A DNA stretch of 64,000 nt from Nitrospinota bacterium (GTDB lineage: Bacteria > Nitrospinota_A > UBA7883 > JACRGQ01). The position numbers were made by a program, and so were the translations under genes. The stretch lies in contig JAOUMJ010000005.1 of NCBI GenBank assembly GCA_029881495.1, positions 9,042 to 73,041 on the forward strand, given 5' to 3'. Positions 33,103 to 42,617 of the stretch are shown piece by piece. The notes beneath the pieces are model-generated. The model did no database searches, was not told the origin of the DNA, and saw only the letters and a program-made list of their open reading frames with translations. Numbering within the stretch: the first letter of the stretch is position 1; every line of letters begins with the position of its first letter.

Positions 33103-33395
33103 TGGGAATAGAGACCGAAGCCGACCTCGACACATTCCTCTCAACATCCGGGTTTGGAGTGACGGGGCTGTATAACGGCAACCCTGTCAAGGGCATCTTG
33201 AATAAAAGGTTTGTCGAGGTCGGCAATATTGAAGGCTATCATCCTGTCTTCACTGTGAAGCGCTCACAGTTTCCCACGGTTAAAAAAGGGGATGAGATAA
33301 CAATCGAATCGGTTGTCTACACGGTATCGTTCCCCGAACCGGACGGCACGACCGGCACAGTCGGTCTTGTTGATCTGGTATTGAGAGAGAAGTAA
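33102..33395 (+). CDS. Head-tail connector/adaptor-type protein
   Basis: 97 aa. The pattern ...GILNKRFVEV....HPVFTVKRSQFPTVKKGDEITIESVVYTV..PEPDGTG is typical of head-tail joining proteins. Confidence 0.45.
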   Translation: MGIETEADLDTFLSTSGFGVTGLYNGNPVKGILNKRFVEVGNIEGYHPVFTVKRSQFPTVKKGDEITIESVVYTVSFPEPDGTTGTVGLVDLVLREK

Positions 33396-33829
33396 TGGAT
33401 CACAGGGCGGAACAGATAACGGCAAAGATCCTCACCCTCGTGACCGGTCTGGCGACAACCGGCGCGAACGTCGGGCGCGACGTGCTGGATCCGCTGGAAG
33501 ATACGGAGCTTCCGTTCCTCTCCGTCGCGCAGGGGGAGGATACAAAGATGGAGAGCTCTTTCGAATTTATAGATTCGTCGCTCACGGTGATAATCACGGC
33601 ATACCTGAAGGCGAACAGCGCGCTCACAACCACGCTCAATCAGATAAGAAAAGAGATAGCTATCGCTCTATCCGCTGATTACACCCTCGGCCTCGCGTGG
33701 GTTCTCGATTCAAACGAGGGTGATGTCTCGGCGCCGGAGCTTTTGACCGACGCGGAAAAAGGTGTTGCCCGGCAGGATATAGCTTGGCATGTGCATTACA
33801 GGCGGTCACGAACCGACCCATCAACATAG
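33395..33829 (+). CDS. Tail completion/terminator-type protein
   Basis: 144 aa. Supported by position only. Confidence 0.4.
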   Translation: MDHRAEQITAKILTLVTGLATTGANVGRDVLDPLEDTELPFLSVAQGEDTKMESSFEFIDSSLTVIITAYLKANSALTTTLNQIRKEIAIALSADYTLGLAWVLDSNEGDVSAPELLTDAEKGVARQDIAWHVHYRRSRTDPST

Positions 33830-33840
33830 GAGATAAAGCA

Positions 33841-33966
33841 ATGGCAGAAAAAAAAGAAGTGACGATGAAACGGAGGTCGGGGGGAGCGGAAGAGGTAAAG
33901 CCGCCAGCGACGGAACAGTCGACCGACGAAAAAAAAGGAGGGACCGGCAATGTTGTCAAAAAATAG
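33841..33966 (+). CDS. Possible 41-aa basic ORF
   Basis: MAEKKEVTMKRRSGGAEEVKPPATEQ. Strong SD aggaga. Confidence 0.35.
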   Translation: MAEKKEVTMKRRSGGAEEVKPPATEQSTDEKKGGTGNVVKK

Positions 33967-34882
33967 CGTCCTACTGTTCAAGACCGAAGTAACCTACAAG
34001 ACCGATCCGGTTCCGACGGCCGCCACAGACGCGCTGGTCGTTCAGGATCTCTCTATTAAACCGGCAAACGAGCGGATGGTCAAACGCTCCGGCATAGATT
34101 CCACCCACGGACCGCTTCAAACCCTCTACGGAGGCTCGTTGATGCAGGTCGAGTTCAATCACGAGCTGAAAGGCTCCGGGACGGCAGGAACAGCCCCGAA
34201 GATAGGCCGCCTCCTGCAGGCATGCGGTATGGCGGAAACGGTTGTCCCCGCGACATCCGTAACCTACGACCCCGCAAGCAGTGGGCAGAAGTCGGCCACC
34301 ATTTACGTCTACCGCGACGGGAAGTTGTACAAACTCCTTGGATGCAGAGGGACGTGGAAGATGGCAAACGCGGCAGGAAACCCCGGCGTAGTCACATTCA
34401 CATTCACCGGACATCTCGCCCTCACGGGCGGGGTAACGGACGTAGCCCTTCCGTCACCGACGGTCGAAGCGACTGTCCCGCCGGTGATGAAGAGCGTTGC
34501 GCTCACGGTCGGCGGCTTTTCTGCTACCGTTTCGAAGGTCGATATCGATTACGGCAACGTGATGAGCATACGCGACGATATGAATTCCGAGAACGGCTAC
34601 GCGGAGATACTGCTGTCAGACAGGGAGCCGACCTGCACACTAGACCCTGAAGACAAGCTGATAGCGACAAAGGACTGGTTCCAGGATTGGCGCGGCGGAA
34701 ATCTCCTCGCTCTCAATCTCGGTCCCGTGGGAGCGGCAGGCAACCGGGTGACGATAACAGCTCCGAAGCTGGTCTTTACGGCGATAGCCGAAGGGGACCG
34801 CGAAGGGGTTGTCACGATGGACATCACCGCGCAGTTGAAAAAGGATTCCGGCGACGACGAACTGTCAATCGCCTTTACATAA
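33950..34882 (+). CDS. Major tail (tube) protein
   Basis: 310 aa, directly upstream of the frameshifting chaperone pair and the tape measure. Confidence 0.55.
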   Translation: MLSKNSVLLFKTEVTYKTDPVPTAATDALVVQDLSIKPANERMVKRSGIDSTHGPLQTLYGGSLMQVEFNHELKGSGTAGTAPKIGRLLQACGMAETVVPATSVTYDPASSGQKSATIYVYRDGKLYKLLGCRGTWKMANAAGNPGVVTFTFTGHLALTGGVTDVALPSPTVEATVPPVMKSVALTVGGFSATVSKVDIDYGNVMSIRDDMNSENGYAEILLSDREPTCTLDPEDKLIATKDWFQDWRGGNLLALNLGPVGAAGNRVTITAPKLVFTAIAEGDREGVVTMDITAQLKKDSGDDELSIAFT

Positions 34883-34894
34883 GAGGTAGAGAAT

Positions 34895-35248
34895 ATGAAA
34901 GCACTCGAAATAGTAGCCCCGTTCGATTACACGCTGAAGGACGAAGAGGGGAAGCCGGACGCGACCATCTTCCGCCTGCGCGGTCTCACCAGCCTGGAAT
35001 ATATGGAAGTGAGCATGCTTACGAAGATGAGAGGGGAGCATATAGTCCTCGATCATCGCGCCATGTCGGTAACCCTCGGCTACGGTCTGGCAGGGTGGAG
35101 CAAAATGAAGGGGGCTGACGGCGCGGATGTCCCGTTCTCGAAGAACATGACCGACAACCTGAACAGGCTCCCGCTGGATGTATTGACCGAGCTGGCTGTA
35201 AAGATCTTCGACTGCTCAACCGTGTCGAGGCAAGACGAAAAAAACTAA
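34895..35248 (+). CDS. Tail assembly chaperone (gpG-like)
   Basis: 117 aa. Ends at the slippery heptamer. Upstream of the tape measure. Confidence 0.75.
   Translation: MKALEIVAPFDYTLKDEEGKPDATIFRLRGLTSLEYMEVSMLTKMRGEHIVLDHRAMSVTLGYGLAGWSKMKGADGADVPFSKNMTDNLNRLPLDVLTELAVKIFDCSTVSRQDEKN
35239..35245 (+). promoter_or_regulatory. -1 programmed ribosomal frameshift slippery site A_AAA_AAC
   Basis: Zero-frame codons are gaA AAA AAC taa. The -1 frame is open from 35245 to 35559, verified codon by codon. Confidence 0.7.
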
Positions 35249-35559
35249 TCATCGCGGTCGATGTCGCGTCCAATCCGAAAGACTTCGACTGCGTGAATTG
35301 CAAGGAGCGGTACTGTGACGAAAAAAACCCGTGCCCGGTTAAAAAATGGACGATAAAGGATCCAAGGGGAGAGGTCATTCTGGAAAGCAGAGTATGCCCC
35401 CTCGGCCTCATTCCGCCGGAGGCGAATCTCCTCTTCGAACTGTACGAACATTATCGGCAGGGTCGGTTGATGTTTCCGTCCCGCGGACTGTTGGAACAGC
35501 CGAACTACTATCTTCAAATAATGAGACTGCTGGATAAGCTATGGCGAAACCGAAAGTAG
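35245..35559 (+). CDS. -1 frame extension (gpT-like part) of the G-T fusion chaperone
   Basis: Same frame as track ORF 35293..35559 (...DFDCVNCKERYCDEKNPCPVKKW...). No independent SD. Confidence 0.6.
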   Translation, partial: LIIAVDVASNPKDFDCVNCKERYCDEKNPCPVKKWTIKDPRGEVILESRVCPLGLIPPEANLLFELYEHYRQGRLMFPSRGLLEQPNYYLQIMRLLDKLWRNRK

Positions 35560-37220
35560 AATATCTGATCTCGGCGACCGACGTTACGAAGGCCGCATGG
35601 ACATCCGCCATGAACGGCCTCAACCGGCTGAAAGGGGCGATATTCAACGTTCATACGGCGGTAGTATCTCTCGCGACCGTCGGTTTCGGCGCGCTCGTAA
35701 AATCATCATTGGATTCCGTGGATGCTCTTGCAAAAGCGTCGCAGAAGATAGGTGTAGCCACAGAGACACTTGCGGGGCTTCGCTACGCCGCCGAACAGAG
35801 CGGAGGGAGCGTAAAGGGGCTCGACGAAGCGCTGGTAAAAGCGGAAAAACGTCTGGGAGAGTTTGCCTCAAACGGCGGGGGAGCCGCTGCCATATGGCTC
35901 AAACATTTCAATTTTAATATCGGGGAGCTTCAGGATCTAAGTCCCGACCAGCTCTTTCTCCGTTATGCCGACGCTATATCATCGCTCAATACACGGGGCG
36001 AACAGATGGCGGCTATCTCGGCTCTCATGGGCGATGAATCCCGCTCTCTTCTGCCTCTCCTTGATGAAGGCGCGGCGGGGATAGAGGCTCTATCTTCACG
36101 CGCTGAATATCTCGGACTTACCCTTTCGGGTGTCGACGCGCAGAAGGTGGTAGAGGCAAACGACGCGCTCCAGGATGCTGGCAAAGCTTTTGAAGGTCTG
36201 GTGCAGGTTCTCGTGGTGAAATACGCCCCCGCGATAGAGAAAATCGCCGGCATTATAACCGAGATGACGGTTGCCGTCCGTGAAGGGGAGCGTGAACAGG
36301 CTCAAGCGTGGCGGAGCGAGTACGACGCGCTGAAGATCAAGGAATCGATCTATGGACATTTGAGTGAATCGGAGCTCCAGCGCCTCGAATACCTTAAAGA
36401 GGTCGTAAATTTCGAAAACAGACATATGAGCATCATGCAGTCGATGGCATCGGTGAAGATGAAGAGCATCGACCCAATAGTAAAAATTACGCCGGAGATA
36501 GATGAAGAGGGAAAAGGTTTCTCGGAAGCTCAGGAGCGGAAGCTGGCTCTCGAGAAGGAGTATAACCGGCGGAGCGCCGAGATAGCGCAGGAGTGGGATG
36601 ATATCTGGTCGAGCGCGGGCAACCGTTTTGCCGCCGGAGTGGGAGACTCGGTTGCCGAAGCGGTCGTTCACATGGAAAAGTTTTCAGATGTCGGACGCGC
36701 TATGGAGCAGGTGTTCCAGGGGGTCGCAAAACAAATTATCTCGACAATGGTAGAGATAGGAATAAAAAAGGCGGTTCTCTCCGCGTGGGAATCGGCGGAA
36801 CGTGCCAAGACCACGACGGAAGTGGTTGCCATGAACGCGGCTATCGCCGCCAGCTCGGTCGCTCCTGCCGCGGGGGTTTCGCTTGCCACGGCAGGCGGAA
36901 ACGCAGTTCCAGCCGCGTCCGGCATCGCGGCAGTTATGGCCGCCGCCGCCGTGATAGGGCAGGCGCATGACGGGATATCGAACATTCCGCGAGCGGGTAC
37001 ATGGATGCTCGATGGGGGGGAGCGTGTGGTTAAGCCTTCCGACAATAAAAAACTTTCAAACTTCCTCGATCGTCAGGAAAGTTCCGGCCAGCCGACGAAT
37101 GTGAACGTGACCATCCACGCGATCGACGCGCAGGGGGTGGAGCAGTTGCTCACGTCGCAGAGTTCCACGCTCGTTAATATCCTGCTCCGCGCGATGAAAG
37201 AGAAGGGGGGGAGGCTGTAA
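35541..37220 (+). CDS. Tape measure protein
   Basis: 559 aa, Ala/Gly-rich and helical, with a hydrophobic AAxxA segment. Canonical position. Confidence 0.8.
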   Translation: MAKPKVEYLISATDVTKAAWTSAMNGLNRLKGAIFNVHTAVVSLATVGFGALVKSSLDSVDALAKASQKIGVATETLAGLRYAAEQSGGSVKGLDEALVKAEKRLGEFASNGGGAAAIWLKHFNFNIGELQDLSPDQLFLRYADAISSLNTRGEQMAAISALMGDESRSLLPLLDEGAAGIEALSSRAEYLGLTLSGVDAQKVVEANDALQDAGKAFEGLVQVLVVKYAPAIEKIAGIITEMTVAVREGEREQAQAWRSEYDALKIKESIYGHLSESELQRLEYLKEVVNFENRHMSIMQSMASVKMKSIDPIVKITPEIDEEGKGFSEAQERKLALEKEYNRRSAEIAQEWDDIWSSAGNRFAAGVGDSVAEAVVHMEKFSDVGRAMEQVFQGVAKQIISTMVEIGIKKAVLSAWESAERAKTTTEVVAMNAAIAASSVAPAAGVSLATAGGNAVPAASGIAAVMAAAAVIGQAHDGISNIPRAGTWMLDGGERVVKPSDNKKLSNFLDRQESSGQPTNVNVTIHAIDAQGVEQLLTSQSSTLVNILLRAMKEKGGRL

Positions 37221-37888
37221 TGGAAACCTTCCCCTCGACTATCCCTATTTCGATGGTCGGAGACGTTCGCAACAATGTTCTCACGCTCAAGTCCCGCTCA
37301 GAATCGCAGAAACTCTTCACGCGCCGTACGGGGGGGCAGTTCTGGAGCTTCACGATAAAAATGCCTCCGCTCAAGGCGGATGAGTTTGCCGCGTTCGAGG
37401 CGTTCACGCTCCGTCAGAACGGAGGGGCGGAGCCGTTCCAGATAGTCCTTCCGCATCGAAAGCTCGCGCGCGGGGTGGCGACAGGAACGCCGCTGGTAAA
37501 CGGCGGGGCGAAGGCAGGCGCGACTGTCGTTTATGTAGACGGCTTTACCCCCGGCATTACATCCATCATGATGGAAGGGGACATCATCAAGTTCGGCTCA
37601 CATTCAAAAGTCTATACGAATCTCTATAACGTCACCAGCGCGGCAGACGAAGCGCTTCAGACTGAAACCGGCGAGGACCTCATCACTGAAGCAAGCGAGG
37701 TTATTCTCCTTGAAAGTAGCAATCAGGCAATGCTCACCATCTGGCCCCCGCTCGTCCAGGACGTGCCGGACAATGACACGGTGACGGTCAACGGCGTTCC
37801 CTTCACAGTGGTAATGACAACGCCGATCTATTCGATATCGGCCCCAAATATATACGCAACTGAACTCGACATGGAAGAGGATTTCTAA
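37220..37888 (+). CDS. Distal/minor tail protein
   Basis: Supported by position. METFPSTIPISMVG... loosely resembles the GTA-type g12 (TIGR02217) N-terminus. Confidence 0.45.
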   Translation: METFPSTIPISMVGDVRNNVLTLKSRSESQKLFTRRTGGQFWSFTIKMPPLKADEFAAFEAFTLRQNGGAEPFQIVLPHRKLARGVATGTPLVNGGAKAGATVVYVDGFTPGITSIMMEGDIIKFGSHSKVYTNLYNVTSAADEALQTETGEDLITEASEVILLESSNQAMLTIWPPLVQDVPDNDTVTVNGVPFTVVMTTPIYSISAPNIYATELDMEEDF

Positions 37889-37900
37889 AGGAGCAACAAT

Positions 37901-38485
37901 ATGGCAAAAAAATATTCGGAACTACCTGCGGCAACTCTGCCGTTAGCAAAAACTGATAAAGCGGCGATAGTGCAGTCCGGGGTATCAAAGCAGGTCGACG
38001 TATCCAATCTGTCATTAAAAGCCCTGGAAGGTTCCACGAATGGAAACCTTACAAGATCGTTTACCGTGCGATTAACAAGGGATTCGGCGGGGGCCACATC
38101 GAAAGCGCAGATTTTCACGCCATCCGGGGGAGGTGCCGGGTTCAATCATGGGGGGAAATTAAATACGACCCTAAGCGCATCTATCGCAAACGGCGGCAAC
38201 GCTTCGGTTGGTACCGCCGGAGTGGATAAAGTTACTTTCGCTATCAATGCCGGGGGCAACACATTGACGCTTACTTTTGATAACGGCGAAACGATAACGA
38301 ATTTAACTACGGCGGTATATTCGGCATCCAGTACCGGATTGGATTTTTATCCCAAAATAGACCAGGCCGGGTCCACTTTGGTTTTATCATTCAGAGATAA
38401 TCTGTATGCGGCGGTAGATTTCAATGCGATAGCGGTCAATAAATTCATTGAAGCAAGATTAGAGTATATAGTGGGGGGTGTCTAA
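37901..38485 (+). CDS. Hypothetical tail-module protein
   Basis: 194 aa, Gly/Ser/Thr/Ala-rich beta-type composition. Confidence 0.45.
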   Translation: MAKKYSELPAATLPLAKTDKAAIVQSGVSKQVDVSNLSLKALEGSTNGNLTRSFTVRLTRDSAGATSKAQIFTPSGGGAGFNHGGKLNTTLSASIANGGNASVGTAGVDKVTFAINAGGNTLTLTFDNGETITNLTTAVYSASSTGLDFYPKIDQAGSTLVLSFRDNLYAAVDFNAIAVNKFIEARLEYIVGGV

Positions 38486-38791
38486 ATGTCGAAGTGGGAA
38501 TCAGAAACAACGGAACTTGAAAGCAAGGCGCAACTAAAAAGGCATCGCGCCCATAAGATCGAAGAACTTACATTCGATAACGAATTATCTCCGTGGTGCG
38601 ATGCGGACAAGGTGAAGCAGGCGGTTTTGTTTGCCGAGGCGGACGCTGAATATGAGCAAAGAAAAGCGAACTTGAAAACAGCTATTTTGGAGCTTTCCGC
38701 AAGTGAACGGTCTATCTATTTTACGGAGATAGGCGTGCCGACCGATACAGATGTAAACGTCTGGCTCGCTCCAAGTCCGGTGGTGGTGTAG
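38486..38791 (+). CDS. Hypothetical tail-module protein
   Basis: 101 aa; abuts both neighbours. Confidence 0.45.
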   Translation: MSKWESETTELESKAQLKRHRAHKIEELTFDNELSPWCDADKVKQAVLFAEADAEYEQRKANLKTAILELSASERSIYFTEIGVPTDTDVNVWLAPSPVVV

Positions 38792-38795
38792 CCCC

Positions 38796-39353
38796 ATGCC
38801 CCGAACCCTCACGACGGCGGTAAAGACGGCGCTTGCGAGCGGGAACATCAATCTGTTCCACTTCGTCTCGCTCGCCTTCTCCACGACTATCTATTACACT
38901 ACCGCCCCGTTCAGCATTTCATGGAACGGCGTGACATGGGTAGCGTCCGGCAATATTCTGAGACTGCCCGATATTACGGAAGAGCTGGAGCTCCGCGTCG
39001 GCTCGTGCGAGCTCGTACTCTCCGGCGTGAATACCGATAACATCGGGCTGATGCTGTCGGAGAAGTTTCTCGACAGGGAAGCGGTGATATACCGTTTCCT
39101 GCTCGATTCAAACAACGCGGTCATTGCCGATCCGTGGATCCACTTCAAGGGGCGTATATCCACATGGAGCCTGGCGGAAGATTCATCCAGCGGATCCAGC
39201 CTCTTGAGCCTTGATCTCGCGTCCGCACTCGCCAACTTCGAGCAGGTCGGCGGTCGACGGGGTAATCATGAGGATCAGCAGATAGTAGACCCGGGGGATG
39301 AGGGATACAAGGACGCGGATCATCAGGTCGCCATACCGTGGGGGCGAGGATAA
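38796..39353 (+). CDS. Minor tail protein (DUF1833/DUF2163-like by eye)
   Basis: 185 aa, directly upstream of the J-like protein. Confidence 0.45.
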   Translation: MPRTLTTAVKTALASGNINLFHFVSLAFSTTIYYTTAPFSISWNGVTWVASGNILRLPDITEELELRVGSCELVLSGVNTDNIGLMLSEKFLDREAVIYRFLLDSNNAVIADPWIHFKGRISTWSLAEDSSSGSSLLSLDLASALANFEQVGGRRGNHEDQQIVDPGDEGYKDADHQVAIPWGRG

Positions 39354-41860
39354 TGGGTTTTTCAATTAATATCCCCACACCGAAAATAACCATCCCGAAG
39401 GTAAATATCGGGAACAAGATAGCGAACGCCGGCATATGGGCGGCGAACCAGCTCACAGGCGCAGGTATCCCCACGATAGAACAGAGCGAAAATGCGATCA
39501 ATCGCACGATGGATGGTATCGGCGCGGAACTCGATAGATTGACGCATCTGGCAAAACTCGCAAAGGCTTCTGTCTATTCGGATATTTCCAAGATACCGAT
39601 ACCGTACGGCGTAACCCGCGCGGAAGGGCGCGTGAAATACAGGAACTACTCCGGCACAAAGGACGAATACCTCCATCTCTGCATAGAGTTCGGCGAAGGG
39701 GAGGTCGGCGGAATAGACGAGATATATTTCGACGAAGAGCTCGCGTTCAACGCGGCAGGCACCCTGCAGGCAAGATTCAAGGACGACGCCAGCAATCCCT
39801 ACGCATGGGTGACGAAGCATTATGGCACGGTCCCGCAGACGGCCGACGCCGGTCTGATGGCGGAGTTCGGAACGGACTATCCGTCAACGCGCCGGTTCAC
39901 AGGTACCGCCTATATATATCTTAAACTACAGTACGACCAGAACATCTATACCCGCGTTCCGCACATAACGGCGAATATCCGGGGGCGGAAGGTTTACGAC
40001 CCGCGCAACGGCACGACCGCCTACAGCGCGAACGCCGCGCTGGCGATAAACGATTACCTCCAGTTTCCCCGGGGTGGCAAGGGACTGCCGTCGTCGATGG
40101 TGAACGCGGACTATATAAAATCGGCCGCCGATGTCTGCGACCAGCAGGTCGAGGAGTTCCAGGGTTCCGGCACGACCATCGCGAAGTTCGAGGCAAACGG
40201 TCTGGTCGACACGTCGAAAACGATGTTCCAAAATATTCAGGATCTCCTTACAGCCTGTCGAGGCTGGCTGCCGTTCATCCAGGGGGAGTACCGCCTCATC
40301 ATAGAAAAGGACGAAGAGCCGGTGTTCGACTTCGACAGCTCGAACGTGATGGAAGGAACCCTCACCGTTAGCGGAGGGTCGAAGGAGGATATGCTCAACC
40401 GCGTGAAAGTGAAGTTCTCAAACCGGATAACCGATTCCGGCACAGGCGCGATAAGCTGGCAGCCGGGCCTAGCCGTGGAGGACAGCTCTGTTTTCCGCGC
40501 GGATGATAACGGAGTGGTGCTCGAAAGCGAGATCGAGATGCCGTTCGAGATCTCGCCATACCGCGCGCACTACCGGGGCGAAACAGTTCTCAAGCGGAGC
40601 CGTCAGCCCCTTGCCGCGTCGTTCGTTGCCAGCCCGGAGGCTATCGTCTGCACGCCTGGTGACGTGGTGACATATACAAAAGATTCGCTTGGCTGGGAGA
40701 AAAAGAAGTTCCGCATCCACAAGATGATGCACCCGGCCGACTCGCTCGGCCTGGTCGCGGTCGTGCTGAAGGAGCACGAGCCGACGGTATATGACCACAC
40801 CGTCCCGGTCGAGATAACCACACCGCCAGACACGACGATCCACAGCATGTTCTCTGTTCCGGCGCCGACCGGTCTGACGCTTCTTGCCGATAATTCGGTA
40901 CATCAGACCGGGCCTGATGGTACGGTCATTCACCGCATAAAGGCGACATGGACCGCCCCGGCGGACGCGTTCGTGGTCGATTACGATTTTGAATACAAGG
41001 TGAGCGGAGGGGCGGAGGACTGGACGCGGACACGGATACCGAAAACGACTGAACACTATATCAAAGGGGTGAAGGGGGAGCAGAATTATGATGTCAGGGT
41101 TCGCGCCGTCAACTCGATAGGCGTTGTCTCTCCATACGTCACCAAGACGAACTGGCCAGTAAATAAGAAAACCACCACGCCAAGCGCGCCAAGCAGTTTA
41201 TCTGCCGCAGCAGTATTTGGCGGAATAAGATTGAAGTGGATTAATCCTACGGAAATAGATTTTAGCTATATCAAAATATATAGGCACACCAGTGATTCCC
41301 TTTCTAGCGCGACCATGATTGCAGATGTGCGGGGTAATGTATTTATAGATAAATATGCCAATCCCGGTAACACATATTATTACTGGATTGTCGCTATTAA
41401 TACAAGCGATTCCGCCAGTGCATTTCATCCTGCGCTTAACGGGGTTACATGTGTAAGTGATGATATACAGAAGAAAATTAAAAGCTACAATGCTGGGCCG
41501 GTAACGATCGCATATTCAGCCCCCGGTATGTTGTTAAACCAGATACAACTTCCCGCTGTTCCAACAAAATATGAGTGGCAATGCAAGGTGAAAAACACAT
41601 CTACCTCAGCGGTAAATTACAATATAGTTATAGAAACACGTTCACTTATCGGTGGCTCATGGACATATTGGGCGGTAAAAACTTATAATTTTACAGTCGC
41701 GGCATTAACTGAAGATCATAAATATGGCTATGTGAATAACAGATCCCCTTACATGTGGAACAGTTATCATAATATAAAGGCTTACACAACAACCGTTGGA
41801 GCAACATTGGAATTGTCGGAAATATTTTTCGAGGTGTGGGGGGAAGAGATCCCTTTCTAA
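39353..41860 (+). CDS. Host-specificity / central tail fibre protein (gpJ-like, Phage-tail_3 plus two FN3 domains plus divergent C-terminal module)
   Basis: HITANIRGRKVYDPRNGTTAYSANAALAINDYL is a J/GTA g15-type motif. FN3-like: PAPTGLTLL...ATWTAPADAFVVDYDFEYKV...YDVRVRAVNSIGVVSPY and PSAPSSLSA...LKWINPTEIDFSYIKIYR...YYYWIVAIN. Start set at the TAATG overlap. Confidence 0.8.
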   Translation: MGFSINIPTPKITIPKVNIGNKIANAGIWAANQLTGAGIPTIEQSENAINRTMDGIGAELDRLTHLAKLAKASVYSDISKIPIPYGVTRAEGRVKYRNYSGTKDEYLHLCIEFGEGEVGGIDEIYFDEELAFNAAGTLQARFKDDASNPYAWVTKHYGTVPQTADAGLMAEFGTDYPSTRRFTGTAYIYLKLQYDQNIYTRVPHITANIRGRKVYDPRNGTTAYSANAALAINDYLQFPRGGKGLPSSMVNADYIKSAADVCDQQVEEFQGSGTTIAKFEANGLVDTSKTMFQNIQDLLTACRGWLPFIQGEYRLIIEKDEEPVFDFDSSNVMEGTLTVSGGSKEDMLNRVKVKFSNRITDSGTGAISWQPGLAVEDSSVFRADDNGVVLESEIEMPFEISPYRAHYRGETVLKRSRQPLAASFVASPEAIVCTPGDVVTYTKDSLGWEKKKFRIHKMMHPADSLGLVAVVLKEHEPTVYDHTVPVEITTPPDTTIHSMFSVPAPTGLTLLADNSVHQTGPDGTVIHRIKATWTAPADAFVVDYDFEYKVSGGAEDWTRTRIPKTTEHYIKGVKGEQNYDVRVRAVNSIGVVSPYVTKTNWPVNKKTTTPSAPSSLSAAAVFGGIRLKWINPTEIDFSYIKIYRHTSDSLSSATMIADVRGNVFIDKYANPGNTYYYWIVAINTSDSASAFHPALNGVTCVSDDIQKKIKSYNAGPVTIAYSAPGMLLNQIQLPAVPTKYEWQCKVKNTSTSAVNYNIVIETRSLIGGSWTYWAVKTYNFTVAALTEDHKYGYVNNRSPYMWNSYHNIKAYTTTVGATLELSEIFFEVWGEEIPF

Positions 41861-42513
41861 TAATTTTTAGACATTAGCCGCACAGCGTAGTAGTTGCTGT
41901 GTTGCAGGTCGGCGATGTCGAGCAAAGTTTTGTCGAACTCGAAATACACAGCCTGACCTTTGGTCGCGCCTTGCACGAGGAAATCAGACGTAGCATGCCA
42001 TGCAAAAACCGTATCAGGGAACATGTCATATTTGCCAGCCAATGAAAGTAGGCTCTCGGCTGTTGGTAGTGTCCAGTTCGTCCGTCCGCAAAAAGCGATA
42101 TCGTTGACTGCATTTATATAGAAGGGCATAGTGCAAGTATAAGGAGAATCTCCATCTGGGGGGTAAGTGAAAGTGTTGCGGTAATCTCTTAATCCCCTGT
42201 GATCAGTCCCAAGCGTTTTTACTTCCCATATGACATTTAATTCTTTATCTTCTACGCATTGCCACGCTTGGGTGCTGTATTTAGCCGTCTGGTCGGAAAG
42301 AGGTTTTCCAGATACATCAAGCTTTACAAATCTTGAGTCTGGGAACTGCTGGTCGTTGACATTCTCTTTCCCGCGTACTGTTATGCTTTTGTAGCGGATG
42401 TCTGTTGGGGGCTCACATATCACATCTGTTGTTCCCGGAGCCGCCTGATTATCGTTACCCGACGGGACCCCGCACGACACCAGAAACAGGGAGATTAAAA
42501 GAAGCCATTTCAT
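41857..42513 (-). CDS. Lipoprotein with DUF1566 (Lcl C-terminal)-like domain
   Basis: MKWLLLISLFLVSCG (lipobox). NWTLPTAESLLSLAG matches the DUF1566 W.LPt..EL motif. Convergent with, and overlapping by 4 nt, the tail fibre gene. Confidence 0.6.
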   Translation of the reverse strand: MKWLLLISLFLVSCGVPSGNDNQAAPGTTDVICEPPTDIRYKSITVRGKENVNDQQFPDSRFVKLDVSGKPLSDQTAKYSTQAWQCVEDKELNVIWEVKTLGTDHRGLRDYRNTFTYPPDGDSPYTCTMPFYINAVNDIAFCGRTNWTLPTAESLLSLAGKYDMFPDTVFAWHATSDFLVQGATKGQAVYFEFDKTLLDIADLQHSNYYAVRLMSKNY

Positions 42514-42617
42514 TCAGTTCACCTCGAATGTTCCTTTCTGATTTGTAGTGAAAATATACCATAGAGTAGGCACTACAGGAACTGGAAAAAAGGTCTACTT
42601 GTATATATTCTTCACTC

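Noticed and set aside
39353-42513. A diversity-generating retroelement, or an invertible (Gin/Cin-type) host-range switch, at the tail-fibre / DUF1566 locus
   Set aside because: No reverse transcriptase, no template/variable repeat pair, no invertase gene and no flanking inverted repeats were found. The minus-strand ORF has its own lipoprotein signal, so it is not an alternative fibre C-terminus.
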